A DNA stretch of 64,000 bases from Patescibacteria group bacterium (GCA_035291665.1 DATDRP010000001.1:66569-130568); one strand, 5' to 3'; counted from the first letter of the stretch, positions 39,010 to 48,730 are shown. Numbers and translations: made by a program. The notes: generated by a model from the letters alone, not told the origin.

Positions 39010-40326
39010 ATGAAAGAACACGGTGGTTCGGTGCAAAATAAATTTATTATGTCGGACAAAATCCTAACAGAAACCCCGGTTAAATCTAAATTCTCTTTTA
39101 AAGAGCTTCGTAAAACTTTATTAGGAGTTTTCTTACTCTCAGCTGCTTTCGGACTAGGATATTTTTTTGGTCTAAAGGAACTCAACATCCGGATTAATGG
39201 TTATCCGGAAGTTACGATAAACCGGGAAATTCCTTCAGGTAAGGAGAAGTTGGATTTTTCCCAGTTTTGGGTAGTTTGGGACAGGCTTAACGATTATTAT
39301 TACGATAAAGATAAGCTGGTACCGGCAAAAATGATTTATGGAGCTGTACAAGGGATGGTTTCTTCGTTGGGTGATCCATATACGGTATTTCTGCCTCCGC
39401 AACAAAACAGAATTATTAAAGAGGACCTGAAAGGCAGTTTTGACGGTGTCGGGATTCAAATTGGCTTTCGCGAAGGGTCTCTGGCTGTGATTGCTCCGCT
39501 TCCGAAATCACCGGCAGATGTCGCAGGGCTTCAGGCAGGGGATTATATTGTCGGTATAAAAGATGAAGCGAAGGGAATTAATATTGAAAACACTCAGGGG
39601 ATGAATTTGCAGGAAGCCGTTAATATTATTCGGGGAGAAAAAGGAACATTTGTAACTCTTACAATCTTCAGGGATGGTGAAGAAGCTACACGCGAATATA
39701 AAATTGCCAGGGATACGCTCGATGTTCCAAGTGTTGAGGTTACGTATCATGGTGAGAAAAAGAATATTGCAGTATTGCATGTCATAAAATTTAGTGCGGA
39801 AACTAAAGCTGAATGGAACGAAGCAGTTTTGGAAATACTGGCAAAACCGGGTGTAGATAGACTTGTTTTGGATCTTCGAAATAATCCTGGCGGTTATTTA
39901 CAGGGTGCAGTTGATTTATCGTCGGACTTCCTGGAAAGCGGAACATTGGTTGTCTCCCAGGTGATTGGCGGCAAAACAACAGAGGAGTATAAAACAGAAG
40001 GCTTACCAAGGTTAAAAAATTGGAAAGCAGTAATATTGGTAAATAAAGGTTCTGCTTCTGCTTCAGAAATACTTGCTGGAGCTTTGAGAGATCAAAAGAA
40101 GATTTATATCATAGGAGATATAACCTTTGGGAAAGGTACAATTCAGGAGCCCCAGGAGTTTGATGACGGGTCATCTTTGCATGTGACTATTGCCAAATGG
40201 CTGACACCGAGCGGGTTCTGGGTAAACGAAAAAGGCTTAACTCCTGATCAGGAAATAAAAAACAATCCTGACACTGAGGCAGATGAGCAGCTTGATGAGG
40301 CTGTTAAGTATATAGAAAAGCTTTAA
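39010..40326 (+). CDS. ctpA: Carboxyl-terminal processing protease (S41, CtpA/Prc family)
   Basis: N-terminal TM helix, PDZ 'GLQAGDYIVGI', 'LDLRNNPGGYL' and 'SASASEILAGAL'. The start may be at 39043. Confidence 0.8.
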   Translation: MKEHGGSVQNKFIMSDKILTETPVKSKFSFKELRKTLLGVFLLSAAFGLGYFFGLKELNIRINGYPEVTINREIPSGKEKLDFSQFWVVWDRLNDYYYDKDKLVPAKMIYGAVQGMVSSLGDPYTVFLPPQQNRIIKEDLKGSFDGVGIQIGFREGSLAVIAPLPKSPADVAGLQAGDYIVGIKDEAKGINIENTQGMNLQEAVNIIRGEKGTFVTLTIFRDGEEATREYKIARDTLDVPSVEVTYHGEKKNIAVLHVIKFSAETKAEWNEAVLEILAKPGVDRLVLDLRNNPGGYLQGAVDLSSDFLESGTLVVSQVIGGKTTEEYKTEGLPRLKNWKAVILVNKGSASASEILAGALRDQKKIYIIGDITFGKGTIQEPQEFDDGSSLHVTIAKWLTPSGFWVNEKGLTPDQEIKNNPDTEADEQLDEAVKYIEKL

Positions 40327-40383
40327 GCTTTTTTTAAGATTCCTGAGTTAGAAATAATAACATTCGATTTAAAACACTGAAGT

Positions 40384-41541
40384 ATGAATAAGCCCTTACG
40401 AAATTTAGTTTTTACACTATTAATTTTATTTATAATCGGTTCATCGGCTGTCGGAGGGGCGGTTGCCGACAGGCTGTTTGGGATAAAACCGATTGATTTT
40501 ATAACGTCCCGCATAAATAGCTCTTCCAAGCCGGGAGTTTCCTCAATTGATAAAAAGATAGTGAATGAAGAATCAATTGTTATTGATGTTGCTGAACGTG
40601 TTTCTCCATCGGTTGTAACCGTCTCGATTGAAACACCTAGAAGAAGGGTCTTGGATTTTTCTCCTTTCGGGGGTTTTCAACAAAGATATGAAGGCGGAGA
40701 TGCCCAAGATATAGGTACCGGATTTATTGTAAGCTCGGACGGATTGATAGTTACAAATAAACATGTAGTTTCACTTGACGGAACGTATAAGGTAATCACG
40801 AAAGACGAAAAAGAATATGAAGTCAAAACAATCAGCCGGGATCCTGCAAATGATATTGCCGTAATCAAAATTGATGCAACCGGTTTAAAACCGGTAGATT
40901 TGGGGGATTCATCAAACCTTAAAGTCGGTCAGTTCGTGGTTGCAATCGGAACTGCATTGGGAGAATTCAGGCATACCGTAACAACGGGTGTGATATCAGG
41001 ACTCGGACGGGGGATAACTGCCGGTGATTCATTCGAAGGCTACGTTGAGCGTCTTGATGATGTTATTCAGACTGATGCTGCCATTAACCCCGGAAATTCA
41101 GGTGGCCCGCTTCTTGACTCGAACGGTCTTGTCATCGGTATAAACGTTGCAGTTGCCCAAAGCGCTCAAAATATCGGTTTTGCGATTCCTGTAAACGTTG
41201 TAAAGTCTGCGCTTGACCAATTCAATCAAAACGGTAAGTTTGCATCCCGCGCATATTTGGGAGTTGAGTATCAGATGATATCAAAGCAGTCTGCACTTCT
41301 TAATGATGTTCCCCAGGGAGCATATGTTGTCAATGTTGTTTCTGGGTCTTCTGCTGAAAACGCGGGTATCAAGAAAGATGATATTATTGTTTCGATTAAC
41401 GGTGAAAAAGTGGCTGATTTTGAAAACGGATTATCCGATGTTATTAAAGATAAAAAAGTAGGTGATAAAGTTGAAATTGAATTATACCGAGACGGACAGA
41501 CTGTCAAGGTAAATGCCACCCTTAGCGAAACATCCGAATAG
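40384..41541 (+). CDS. htrA: HtrA/DegP-family serine protease (S1C) with a PDZ domain
   Basis: 'GTGFIVSSDGLIVTNKHVV' (His), 'DIAVIKI' (Asp), 'NPGNSGGPLLDSNG' (Ser), and a PDZ 'GAYVVNVVSGSSAENAGIKKDDII'. Confidence 0.85.
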   Translation: MNKPLRNLVFTLLILFIIGSSAVGGAVADRLFGIKPIDFITSRINSSSKPGVSSIDKKIVNEESIVIDVAERVSPSVVTVSIETPRRRVLDFSPFGGFQQRYEGGDAQDIGTGFIVSSDGLIVTNKHVVSLDGTYKVITKDEKEYEVKTISRDPANDIAVIKIDATGLKPVDLGDSSNLKVGQFVVAIGTALGEFRHTVTTGVISGLGRGITAGDSFEGYVERLDDVIQTDAAINPGNSGGPLLDSNGLVIGINVAVAQSAQNIGFAIPVNVVKSALDQFNQNGKFASRAYLGVEYQMISKQSALLNDVPQGAYVVNVVSGSSAENAGIKKDDIIVSINGEKVADFENGLSDVIKDKKVGDKVEIELYRDGQTVKVNATLSETSE

Positions 41542-41591
41542 CCTCACTTTTTGCATATATTCCCCAGATAGTTGACTCAAATGGTATCAAA

Positions 41592-42059
41592 GTGGTATAT
41601 ATTGCTTTACAAATAGTTATGCCGTCTTCCGAAGTTCTTACAAAATACTTGGCCAGTAAAAGACCCTCAGCTGAAGATTATTACGTTAAATTGGATCAAT
41701 ACCACGTTTTCCCTGATAAAAAAATTATAGATTTGAAAAGGGAAGAAGGCTTCAGGGATTTTATTCGCAAACAAAATGTCACATTTAAGCAGCGGGCTGG
41801 TATCAGTATGATCTTGGGCAGTGTTGAACGTGTTCATCTTCGTGATCCGGGAGGGGGGGTTCTTGAAACTTACGAGCTTACAGTTGGAGACATTCGGGAA
41901 TTAAGCGACCAGGATTTACGAAAATTGACCGGAGACAGGGGAGTAAAAGTACTGCGAAAATTATTCGGTGGAGGGAACGATGCAGAAGAAAAACCAAGTG
42001 TACCACCTTTTTTACAGGGGAGGGTGTCAAGTAAAAAACAGGCTTTATTGAAGGACTGA
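41592..42059 (+). CDS. Hypothetical protein
   Basis: A 155-aa product with no recognised motif; its tail is convergent with and overlaps prfA by 15 nt. Confidence 0.3.
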   Translation: MVYIALQIVMPSSEVLTKYLASKRPSAEDYYVKLDQYHVFPDKKIIDLKREEGFRDFIRKQNVTFKQRAGISMILGSVERVHLRDPGGGVLETYELTVGDIRELSDQDLRKLTGDRGVKVLRKLFGGGNDAEEKPSVPPFLQGRVSSKKQALLKD

Positions 42060-42764
42060 GGTAGCTTGAAGTATTTTATCCAAGTCTCCATCTAATATCA
42101 TTTCAAGATTATGCCAGCTTTTTTTGATTCTATGGTCTGTTATCCGACCTTGCGGGAAGTTGTAAGTTCTGATTTTTTCTGCTCTGAAACCCCTTCCGAT
42201 GGCTGACCGATATCCGGCAACGGTCCGTTCTTTTTCCAACTCCGCCTTTTCCCAGAGCCTGGACCGCAAAAGTGACATTGCGATCTCTCGATTCTGCTCC
42301 TGAAAACGCTCTTCAGACGCCGTGACGACGATTCCAGAGGGCTTATGGGTAAGACGAACTGCAGTAGATACTTTGTTGACATTTTGACCTCCATGACCGC
42401 CTGATCGGTAAAATTGGATTTCAAGATCCTGTGGATTAATATGAATATCTGTTTCTTTTATTTCCGGTAAGACAGCAACGGTTGCGGTTGAAGTATGAAT
42501 CCGTCCTCTTTTTTCCGTGGATGGAACACGCTGAACGCGATGGACACCTGATTCATTTTTTAGTAAGTCAAAAACATGAGGTGCAGAAATTGCGACCGAT
42601 AGATCTCCAATAGGAGTAATTTTCCAGCCTTTTTTAACGGAATAACGCATATACATCCTTAAAAGATCAGATCCCCAATTTTTTGCTTCATCTCCGCCTG
42701 TTGCACCCCTGATTTCGATGTATGCTTTTTGTTTGGGATCCTGATAATTTTGCCAATCGTTCAT
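42045..42764 (-). CDS. prfA: Peptide chain release factor 1, N-terminally truncated (no domain 1)
   Basis: The RF1-type PxT motif '[14 protein letters not shown]', GGQ '[20 protein letters not shown]' and '[15 protein letters not shown]'. The product is only 239 aa, an in-frame stop lies 2 codons upstream of the ATG, and rpmE ends 40 nt upstream. Confidence 0.8.
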   Translation of the reverse strand: MNDWQNYQDPKQKAYIEIRGATGGDEAKNWGSDLLRMYMRYSVKKGWKITPIGDLSVAISAPHVFDLLKNESGVHRVQRVPSTEKRGRIHTSTATVAVLPEIKETDIHINPQDLEIQFYRSGGHGGQNVNKVSTAVRLTHKPSGIVVTASEERFQEQNREIAMSLLRSRLWEKAELEKERTVAGYRSAIGRGFRAEKIRTYNFPQGRITDHRIKKSWHNLEMILDGDLDKILQATSVLQ

Positions 42765-42804
42765 AATTTAGTAAAAAGCGAATAGAGAAAAGAGAATAGA
42801 GTAG

Positions 42805-43146
42805 CTAGTTTTTGTTTTTCTTGCTCTTTTTTGTTAATTTCCGGAGATCCTCCAATGTTTCAGGCCGATCAAGTTCTTTTTGAATCTTTCGTTCTTTTTT
42901 TAGCTTTCTTTTTTCAGATTTGGAAACGACTTTTGTTTGAGCTTTTTTTGTTTTAGCCATAAATGCATCAACCCGTCCAGCCGTGTCAACATATTTCATC
43001 TGGCCGGTATAAAATGGGTGGCAATTATAGCAAACCTCAACTTGGATTTGAGGAACGGTTGCACCGATTACAAAACTGTTGCCGCAGGCACAGGTAACTT
43101 TGCATTCTTCGTACCATTTGGGATGAATTGCTGTTTTCATAATCAA
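42805..43146 (-). CDS. rpmE: 50S ribosomal protein L31 with a Lys-rich C-terminal extension
   Basis: 'IHPKWYEECKVTCACGNSF...CYNCHPFYTGQ' plus a K-rich tail of about 45 aa. Confidence 0.85.
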   Translation of the reverse strand: MIMKTAIHPKWYEECKVTCACGNSFVIGATVPQIQVEVCYNCHPFYTGQMKYVDTAGRVDAFMAKTKKAQTKVVSKSEKRKLKKERKIQKELDRPETLEDLRKLTKKSKKNKN

Positions 43147-43248
43147 GTTTAATGTGACAAGTGACAGGTTATTCAGTCACGGGTGAATTATACCAAAAGT
43201 GAAGAAGAACTTAAAGAAGTATTTGCAGGTATATGATAATAAAGTTTT

Positions 43249-43749
43249 TTAATCCCGGAGGAAGCTAAACCACGGTGGCTTCTTGGGTTTGTTGGATTTT
43301 TCTTTATTTGCTGCAATTTTGGCTTTTTGTTGCCGATCTCTCAAAGCTAGATCTGTTATTTCATTGTGAATATCGAGTACTCTTTTAACCTCCTCACGTT
43401 TTACATCCTCGTAATATCCCTTATCGTTCATAGCTAAGGCAATTTGGTCCACAATTCTGTTTATAAGTTGATTGTTTTCTCCGGGTATTTTTACCGTTAC
43501 CAAATTTTCGTCTAAGTGAACATTAAAACCTTTATCTCTTAAAGTAGTTTTTCTTAAAACATCGTGAGCAATTGATAATAAATCATTGGCTTCGTTACTT
43601 GGTGTAGTTGTTGTTAAACGCTGTTCAGTACTTCCGCTAATGGTGTTTGAACCTGAAGCAACAGCACTTTTATTAATTTTATACGCACGTGCATTGACGG
43701 GAAGTCTTGGTTCTGGAGGATTTAGAATTGGATCGAATTCGTGCTTCAT
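43249..43749 (-). CDS. Hypothetical protein, paralog B of a tandem pair
   Basis: 'FDPILNPPEPRLPVNARAYKINKS' and 'NEANDLL...NRIVDQIALAMNDKGYYED' are both shared with the adjacent gene at 43766-44188. Confidence 0.5.
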   Translation of the reverse strand: MKHEFDPILNPPEPRLPVNARAYKINKSAVASGSNTISGSTEQRLTTTTPSNEANDLLSIAHDVLRKTTLRDKGFNVHLDENLVTVKIPGENNQLINRIVDQIALAMNDKGYYEDVKREEVKRVLDIHNEITDLALRDRQQKAKIAANKEKSNKPKKPPWFSFLRD

Positions 43750-43765
43750 ATTAAATAACTTCTGC

Positions 43766-44188
43766 TTATTTTAATGCAAATTTAACAAACTCCAACTGCT
43801 CCGGCTTGAGTTCGGTGAAAGAATCTTTAGAATTGGTATCGTCATGACTATATCCCATTTCCTTCAAAATACCGGCAATAAATTTGGATCTTTTAACATT
43901 CGCATGGATAACAATTCCTTCTCCGTAATATTCTTCTAATTTTACCGGTTTTTCTAAGGATTGATTTACAATGTTCTCTGCTAATCTTGCAGCCACAATA
44001 ACATCCTCGGCTTCATTAGTGGTGGGTCTTTTGGGCGACTTATTCAGCCATCGACCCAATATTCCATCGGGTTTAAAGCAGTCCGGACTATCCTTTGTCA
44101 TCGAACCGGTGAATTTATACGCACGTACATTGACGGGAAGCACTGGTTCCGGAAGATTGAGTATTGGATCTTGTTCAAATCTTGGCAT
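43766..44188 (-). CDS. Hypothetical protein, paralog A of a tandem pair
   Basis: 'QDPILNLPEPVLPVNVRAYKFTGS', 'NEAEDVIVAARLAENIVNQ' and 'EYYGEGIVIHANVKRSKFIAGILKEMGY'. Confidence 0.5.
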   Translation of the reverse strand: MPRFEQDPILNLPEPVLPVNVRAYKFTGSMTKDSPDCFKPDGILGRWLNKSPKRPTTNEAEDVIVAARLAENIVNQSLEKPVKLEEYYGEGIVIHANVKRSKFIAGILKEMGYSHDDTNSKDSFTELKPEQLEFVKFALK

Positions 44189-44232
44189 ACGAGTTGACCA
44201 AATAATAGCACCTCATAATATTTAGTCAATTG

Positions 44233-44532
44233 TTATATTCGGATAGGTCCGGGGATTTCTTCGATAGGTTTTGTTGCCGGAAATGAAATACAAGTAACGA
44301 TTACTCCTTTGTTACACCGGGGGCAAACGTTTGCCTTCCTCAACCCAAAATCGTTGTTTTCAACCATTGAAGTGACAATACAGGGTTGATTCTGATCCGG
44401 GCTGCCTGTTTTCCTTCCAAACTTATTGATGTAAAACATGAATCTCTTATCCCCAATAACAGGTCCGGTGATCCTGACGCTATCATTATTTGTTTCCTCG
44501 TCAGAACAGCTAAATAGATTCTTATTTTCCAT
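44233..44532 (-). CDS. Hypothetical small protein with a CxxC motif
   Basis: A 99-aa product with 'CPRCNKG'; it is the first gene of the three-gene minus-strand cluster. Confidence 0.35.
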   Translation of the reverse strand: MENKNLFSCSDEETNNDSVRITGPVIGDKRFMFYINKFGRKTGSPDQNQPCIVTSMVENNDFGLRKANVCPRCNKGVIVTCISFPATKPIEEIPGPIRI

Positions 44533-44603
44533 ATTTATTTGAAAACTAAAACTATAATGGGTGAATTATATATATTCAATGCGGTTGTAGTCAATTTTTT
44601 AAA

Positions 44604-45530
44604 TTACTGAATTATTTTCCGGGTTCTGGATTTTACCTCCGCAATGCCAACTCCAAGGATGACTACAGCTGTTCCGATGACGAATGGTACAGATAAACTT
44701 TCCCGAAGCCATAATAAGGCAAGAGGAGCAGAAAATAGGGGGGATAAGTAACCGAATAAAGTCGCTTCCGAAGCCTCGATATTTTTTTGACCTTCCTGAT
44801 ATAAATAATAGGCGAATGACCCTGAAATCACGGCGAGGTACCAAACACCAAGATGTGCTTTCAGTGGAGCAGTTGAAATCATCAAAAGGAGGTTTTTTAT
44901 ACCATCGCTCTGATATATTGCAAAAGGTAAAGTTGTGACAAAACCGATCAGAAACATATAAGTTGTCATCATCATATTGTCGATTTTATGTTTGAGTTCG
45001 GTTTTACTGATAATCACATAAAAAACCCATGCAACATTGGCCGTAAGTATAAGAAAATTTCCGTACATCGCGTCAGTAGCAAAGAGCCCGCCTTCCAGCA
45101 TGGGTTGGATAATTATCATCATCGTACCAAGGAATGCTATTACAACTCCTATTAATTCCCGCCGGGTTATTTTTTCTCTGAGGAGTATCACACCCCCAAT
45201 AATTACCATTATCGGTGCCGTATTACCGATGACTGTTGCATCCAAGACGGTAGTTTTATCGAAACCCAAAAACAAAAGTCCCAAGTTGACGGAAGAGCCC
45301 AGGATCCCGGCGATTGTCAGAGCTGCAAATTCGCGTTTTGTTTTTGGAAGTTTAGGTTTTAGGGCAAGTGCAATTGGGAGCATCAGAAGTGCTGAAATAA
45401 AAAAACGGTAGGCCAAAAAAATCATTGGCGGAAAGTCGGGGAGGGTGTATTTTATGACAGGTCCGGCGACACCCCATATTGCAGCCACTATCAACAGGTA
45501 TATATACGACCTTTTACGTTTGGGATCCAT
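44604..45530 (-). CDS. EamA/DMT-family transporter (10 TM)
   Basis: Two EamA repeats ('LLIVAAIWGVAGPVIK'). Confidence 0.8.
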   Translation of the reverse strand: MDPKRKRSYIYLLIVAAIWGVAGPVIKYTLPDFPPMIFLAYRFFISALLMLPIALALKPKLPKTKREFAALTIAGILGSSVNLGLLFLGFDKTTVLDATVIGNTAPIMVIIGGVILLREKITRRELIGVVIAFLGTMMIIIQPMLEGGLFATDAMYGNFLILTANVAWVFYVIISKTELKHKIDNMMMTTYMFLIGFVTTLPFAIYQSDGIKNLLLMISTAPLKAHLGVWYLAVISGSFAYYLYQEGQKNIEASEATLFGYLSPLFSAPLALLWLRESLSVPFVIGTAVVILGVGIAEVKSRTRKIIQ

Positions 45531-45691
45531 ACCTATTCATCATATAAAAATATAATATGGAAAGGCAAGAAGAAATACAGATAAGAAATTAGGAACATAG
45601 GAATTAAGAGAAAAGGGAAAAGCGAAAAGAAATGGAAAATGAGTTGTGGGAAGTGAGAAGTGGGAGATGGGAAAGAAAAGATATAACACTT

Positions 45692-46960
45692 TTACTGGGC
45701 TTTAATCAATCCGGCGACTGAGTTGGTAAAAACTTTCTTTTGCGATTGGGTGGACATGTTTTTAAGCGTGACCGTATCAGACTTCAACTCTTCCGGTCCC
45801 AAGATTATTGCATATGGAATTTGTTTTTTATCTGCATATTTGAGTTGTTTATCCAGTTTTGCTTGCGGATCCGGGTAGAGTTCAGTGTTTAAGCCAGAGA
45901 GTCTAAGTCTAAGACTAAGTGTAAGGGAATCATTAAAAAGATCGGGGGAAAAAACAGTTACCAATACATCTGAATTGTTAGGTGAAATAACCGGGTATTT
46001 ATTTAAGAATTTGAGAACTTCTTCCATGACCATGTCTCCCATAGCAAAACCAACTCCCGGAATTTTTACTTTGGAACCAACATCAGAAGTCAGATTGTCA
46101 TACCTTCCGCCACCCCAAATAGCTCTGAAGCTGCCTCCAACTACCCATCCTTCAAATACCGTTCTTGTGTAATATTCCAACCCCCGGACAATCGAAGCAT
46201 CGTATTCGACAAATGGTGATAAACCCGCCTTATCCAGATACGAAAAAATACTTTGCAGCCAATCAGATTTTTGGTAACCGTTCTTATCGAGTAAAATTAC
46301 CAGAAGACTCTCGATTTGTTTGACTGCCAACCCAGCCTCTTTGAGCATTTCTTTGAAATCACCTTCTGATACTTTATCCTTTTTATCAATTATTCCTAAA
46401 AGTTCCTTGAATTTATCTTCAGGTATACCTAATTCAGATACCTGTTGAGCCAGAAACTTTCGGTCATTGATTTTAATTTTAACTTCATCCGGAGTTAATC
46501 CCAATTTTTGATAAAAAGATGCTGCAATAGCAATGATTTCGGCATCAGCCTCGGGACTATCCGGTCCCAAAATATCAATATCCCATTGAAAAAATTCCCT
46601 GCCCCTGCCTTTTTGCGGAGCCTCATATCGAAACCTTCTTCCGTATGTGAACCATTTGACAGGGAAATTCAAATTGTTTTCGTTTTGAGCAACAATCCTT
46701 GCCAGGCTGGGCGTCATTTCCGGTCGCAATGCAACGACATTTCCGGATTTGTCTTCAAAAGTGAAAGCCTGTTTTTTTACTAATTCTTCGCCTGATTTGG
46801 CAGCGTACAACTCCAGAGGTTCAATAGTCGGTCCTTCATACTCCTGAAAGCCAAACGACTCGGAAACCTTTTTCAGATTTTGGTAAAACCAGTTTTGAAA
46901 CGCCATATCGCCGGGTAAAAAGTCCCGAAAACCTTTTAATATTTGTATTTGCTTTTTCAT
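45692..46960 (-). CDS. hisS: Histidine--tRNA ligase
   Basis: 'KGFRDFLP', 'YRYE...GRGREF' (class II motif 2) and 'GGGRYD' (motif 3), 422 aa. Confidence 0.9.
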   Translation of the reverse strand: MKKQIQILKGFRDFLPGDMAFQNWFYQNLKKVSESFGFQEYEGPTIEPLELYAAKSGEELVKKQAFTFEDKSGNVVALRPEMTPSLARIVAQNENNLNFPVKWFTYGRRFRYEAPQKGRGREFFQWDIDILGPDSPEADAEIIAIAASFYQKLGLTPDEVKIKINDRKFLAQQVSELGIPEDKFKELLGIIDKKDKVSEGDFKEMLKEAGLAVKQIESLLVILLDKNGYQKSDWLQSIFSYLDKAGLSPFVEYDASIVRGLEYYTRTVFEGWVVGGSFRAIWGGGRYDNLTSDVGSKVKIPGVGFAMGDMVMEEVLKFLNKYPVISPNNSDVLVTVFSPDLFNDSLTLSLRLRLSGLNTELYPDPQAKLDKQLKYADKKQIPYAIILGPEELKSDTVTLKNMSTQSQKKVFTNSVAGLIKAQ

Positions 46961-46970
46961 AATAATTTGA

Positions 46971-47501
46971 CTAACTATAGCATTTATTAATTTTTTCTAA
47001 AAGCATTTTAATTGCACCATTGGAATTTTCTGCTTTTTCAATTTTTGTAAGCATCCTTTCGTCTAGATACTTTCCCGCTAATTTTTTTGCCCAACCCTCC
47101 ACAGAAGTCAGAGCTACGATGGGTTTTTGCTTTCTATATGCTATTGCCAACTCTTGTAACGTGCCCGAACCTCCTCCTATCGCAATAATTCCGTCAGATG
47201 ATGCGATTAACAGCGACTCACCACCCGTAGAATTCATATTGCTTACAATTTCCACATCCACATATTTATTAGCTGTACCCCGAGAGTCATTTTTTACAAT
47301 TCCAACCGTTAGGCCACCGTATTTTTTTGCACCCCTACAAGCGTATTCCATGACACCACCTTTTCCTCCACATATTAAGATTCCACCGTATTGTGCAACT
47401 AACTTTCCTATGTTTTCTGCAATTTTATTAGCTTTAGATAATCTTGAAGAACCCCTTGGATATTCTTCCACTCCTGCGGATCCTATTACTCCTATTTGCA
47501 T
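46971..47501 (-). CDS. LOG/TIGR00725-like Rossmann-fold protein (SLOG superfamily)
   Basis: 'ICGGKGGVMEYACRGAKKYGG...GI' and 'IAIGGGSGTLQELAIA', which follow the LOG-family GGxGxMG / PGGxGTxxE pattern. Confidence 0.6.
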   Translation of the reverse strand: MQIGVIGSAGVEEYPRGSSRLSKANKIAENIGKLVAQYGGILICGGKGGVMEYACRGAKKYGGLTVGIVKNDSRGTANKYVDVEIVSNMNSTGGESLLIASSDGIIAIGGGSGTLQELAIAYRKQKPIVALTSVEGWAKKLAGKYLDERMLTKIEKAENSNGAIKMLLEKINKCYS

Positions 47502-48280
47502 ATTCTTACACCTCCTTTCAATAAGTCTATTAACTCATCTGGTTTGTCAGAGAATTTGTTTGCATATATATTTCTGATAACTTCCGACTTATCCGATGAA
47601 CCGGTTAGAGTCGATAGACTATTGATGGGGGGTTGTCCTGAACCACCTTTGTATCTTATGGCAGTAAAAATTTTATCAAAACGATTCAAATTATCTTGAT
47701 TTTTGTTTTTCCTATCATATAAAAACCATGAAGCGATTGATATCTTTAAATTATTGGGGTAATAGGAAGAAGTCCAACCAAATCGAATATCTGAATCGGG
47801 TTGAATGGTGATTTGTTTAGAATTGAAATAAAACTCTGACATTTCAGCAATCTTATTAACTGTACTGCCAGTGACTATTACATCGTCGACAATAAATTCA
47901 GATTTCGCCCCGTTATTTTTTAGAATATTTATCAGATTTTTTGGAAAATTTACATTCGGTATGGAATTGGGTCTATCTCGTTCAGTGTTAACAGAATAAC
48001 ATTTACTTACCGAATTCTTGAGTTGATTATATATGGGTAAACTACCAAAATTAGGGCATACAACGAGTGGATTTTCGACAAGTTTTACGCTGATTAAGTT
48101 TAAAAGTTTTTGATTTAACTCATTAAAATTGAAAAAAATCAAATTACGGTTGGAAAGTGATTCAATTTTTTCGAGAACATAAGTTGATATACCCAAATCA
48201 TCTATAATCAGATTTGTGTCATCTGGAACTGTCAAACACTCGTTTGAAATTATATTTTCATTTTTTTGTAATTTTTCCAT
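47492..48280 (-). CDS. Phosphoribosyltransferase (type I PRTase) domain protein with a C-terminal extension of about 110 aa
   Basis: The PRPP-binding motif 'EFIVDDVIVTGSTVNKI'. It overlaps the downstream LOG-like gene by 10 nt. Confidence 0.55.
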   Translation of the reverse strand: MEKLQKNENIISNECLTVPDDTNLIIDDLGISTYVLEKIESLSNRNLIFFNFNELNQKLLNLISVKLVENPLVVCPNFGSLPIYNQLKNSVSKCYSVNTERDRPNSIPNVNFPKNLINILKNNGAKSEFIVDDVIVTGSTVNKIAEMSEFYFNSKQITIQPDSDIRFGWTSSYYPNNLKISIASWFLYDRKNKNQDNLNRFDKIFTAIRYKGGSGQPPINSLSTLTGSSDKSEVIRNIYANKFSDKPDELIDLLKGGVRICK

Positions 48281-48293
48281 ATTTTTACTCCAT

Positions 48294-48382
48294 AAAAAAC
48301 CCCGATTAAATCGGGGTTATCGAGTCTGACTAATTAGGTTTTTCTCCACTAAAAAACCCACCGGTTTGGTGGGTTATTTTCA
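48294..48382 (-). terminator. Two tandem rho-independent terminators (minus-strand sense) separating the 48483 ORF from the PRTase operon
   Basis: Read on the minus strand: 'CCCACCaaaccGGTGGG'+TTTTTT and 'AACCCCGATttaATCGGGGTT'+TTTTTT. Confidence 0.55.
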
Positions 48383-48482
48383 ATCACAAATCCACCAACC
48401 GAGTCAGACCCGGCTGGTGTGATGAACCAAGATTAAAGTCATTGTTTTCATGATAAGTTGATATGATACTTCAGGGAGTAAA

Positions 48483-48698
48483 TTAAGTCAAATTTGGTTT
48501 TTCGATTTTACTGACTCTTCCTTGCAGATCAATGATATCTTCATTAATTCTCATATGAGAAAATTGATGTACGGCATCGTTTTCCTGCATCTTCTTGAGC
48601 TCGCCAAGAAGTTCCACTTTGAGATCGGTCATTTCCGATTTAATATTTTTTTCCAACTCTTTAATGTCTCTCTTTGTAGCAATATCGTTTTTGATCAT
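48483..48698 (-). CDS. Hypothetical small coiled-coil protein
   Basis: A 71-aa charged product followed by the tandem terminators. Confidence 0.3.
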   Translation of the reverse strand: MIKNDIATKRDIKELEKNIKSEMTDLKVELLGELKKMQENDAVHQFSHMRINEDIIDLQGRVSKIEKPNLT

Positions 48699-48730
48699 AT
48701 CAATATAATGCAGTCAATGGCCCGGTCCTG

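Noticed and set aside
47020-47577. A 185-aa plus-strand ORF across the LOG and PRTase genes
   Set aside because: It is antisense to two motif-bearing genes and its translation is Pro/Ser-rich and low-complexity.
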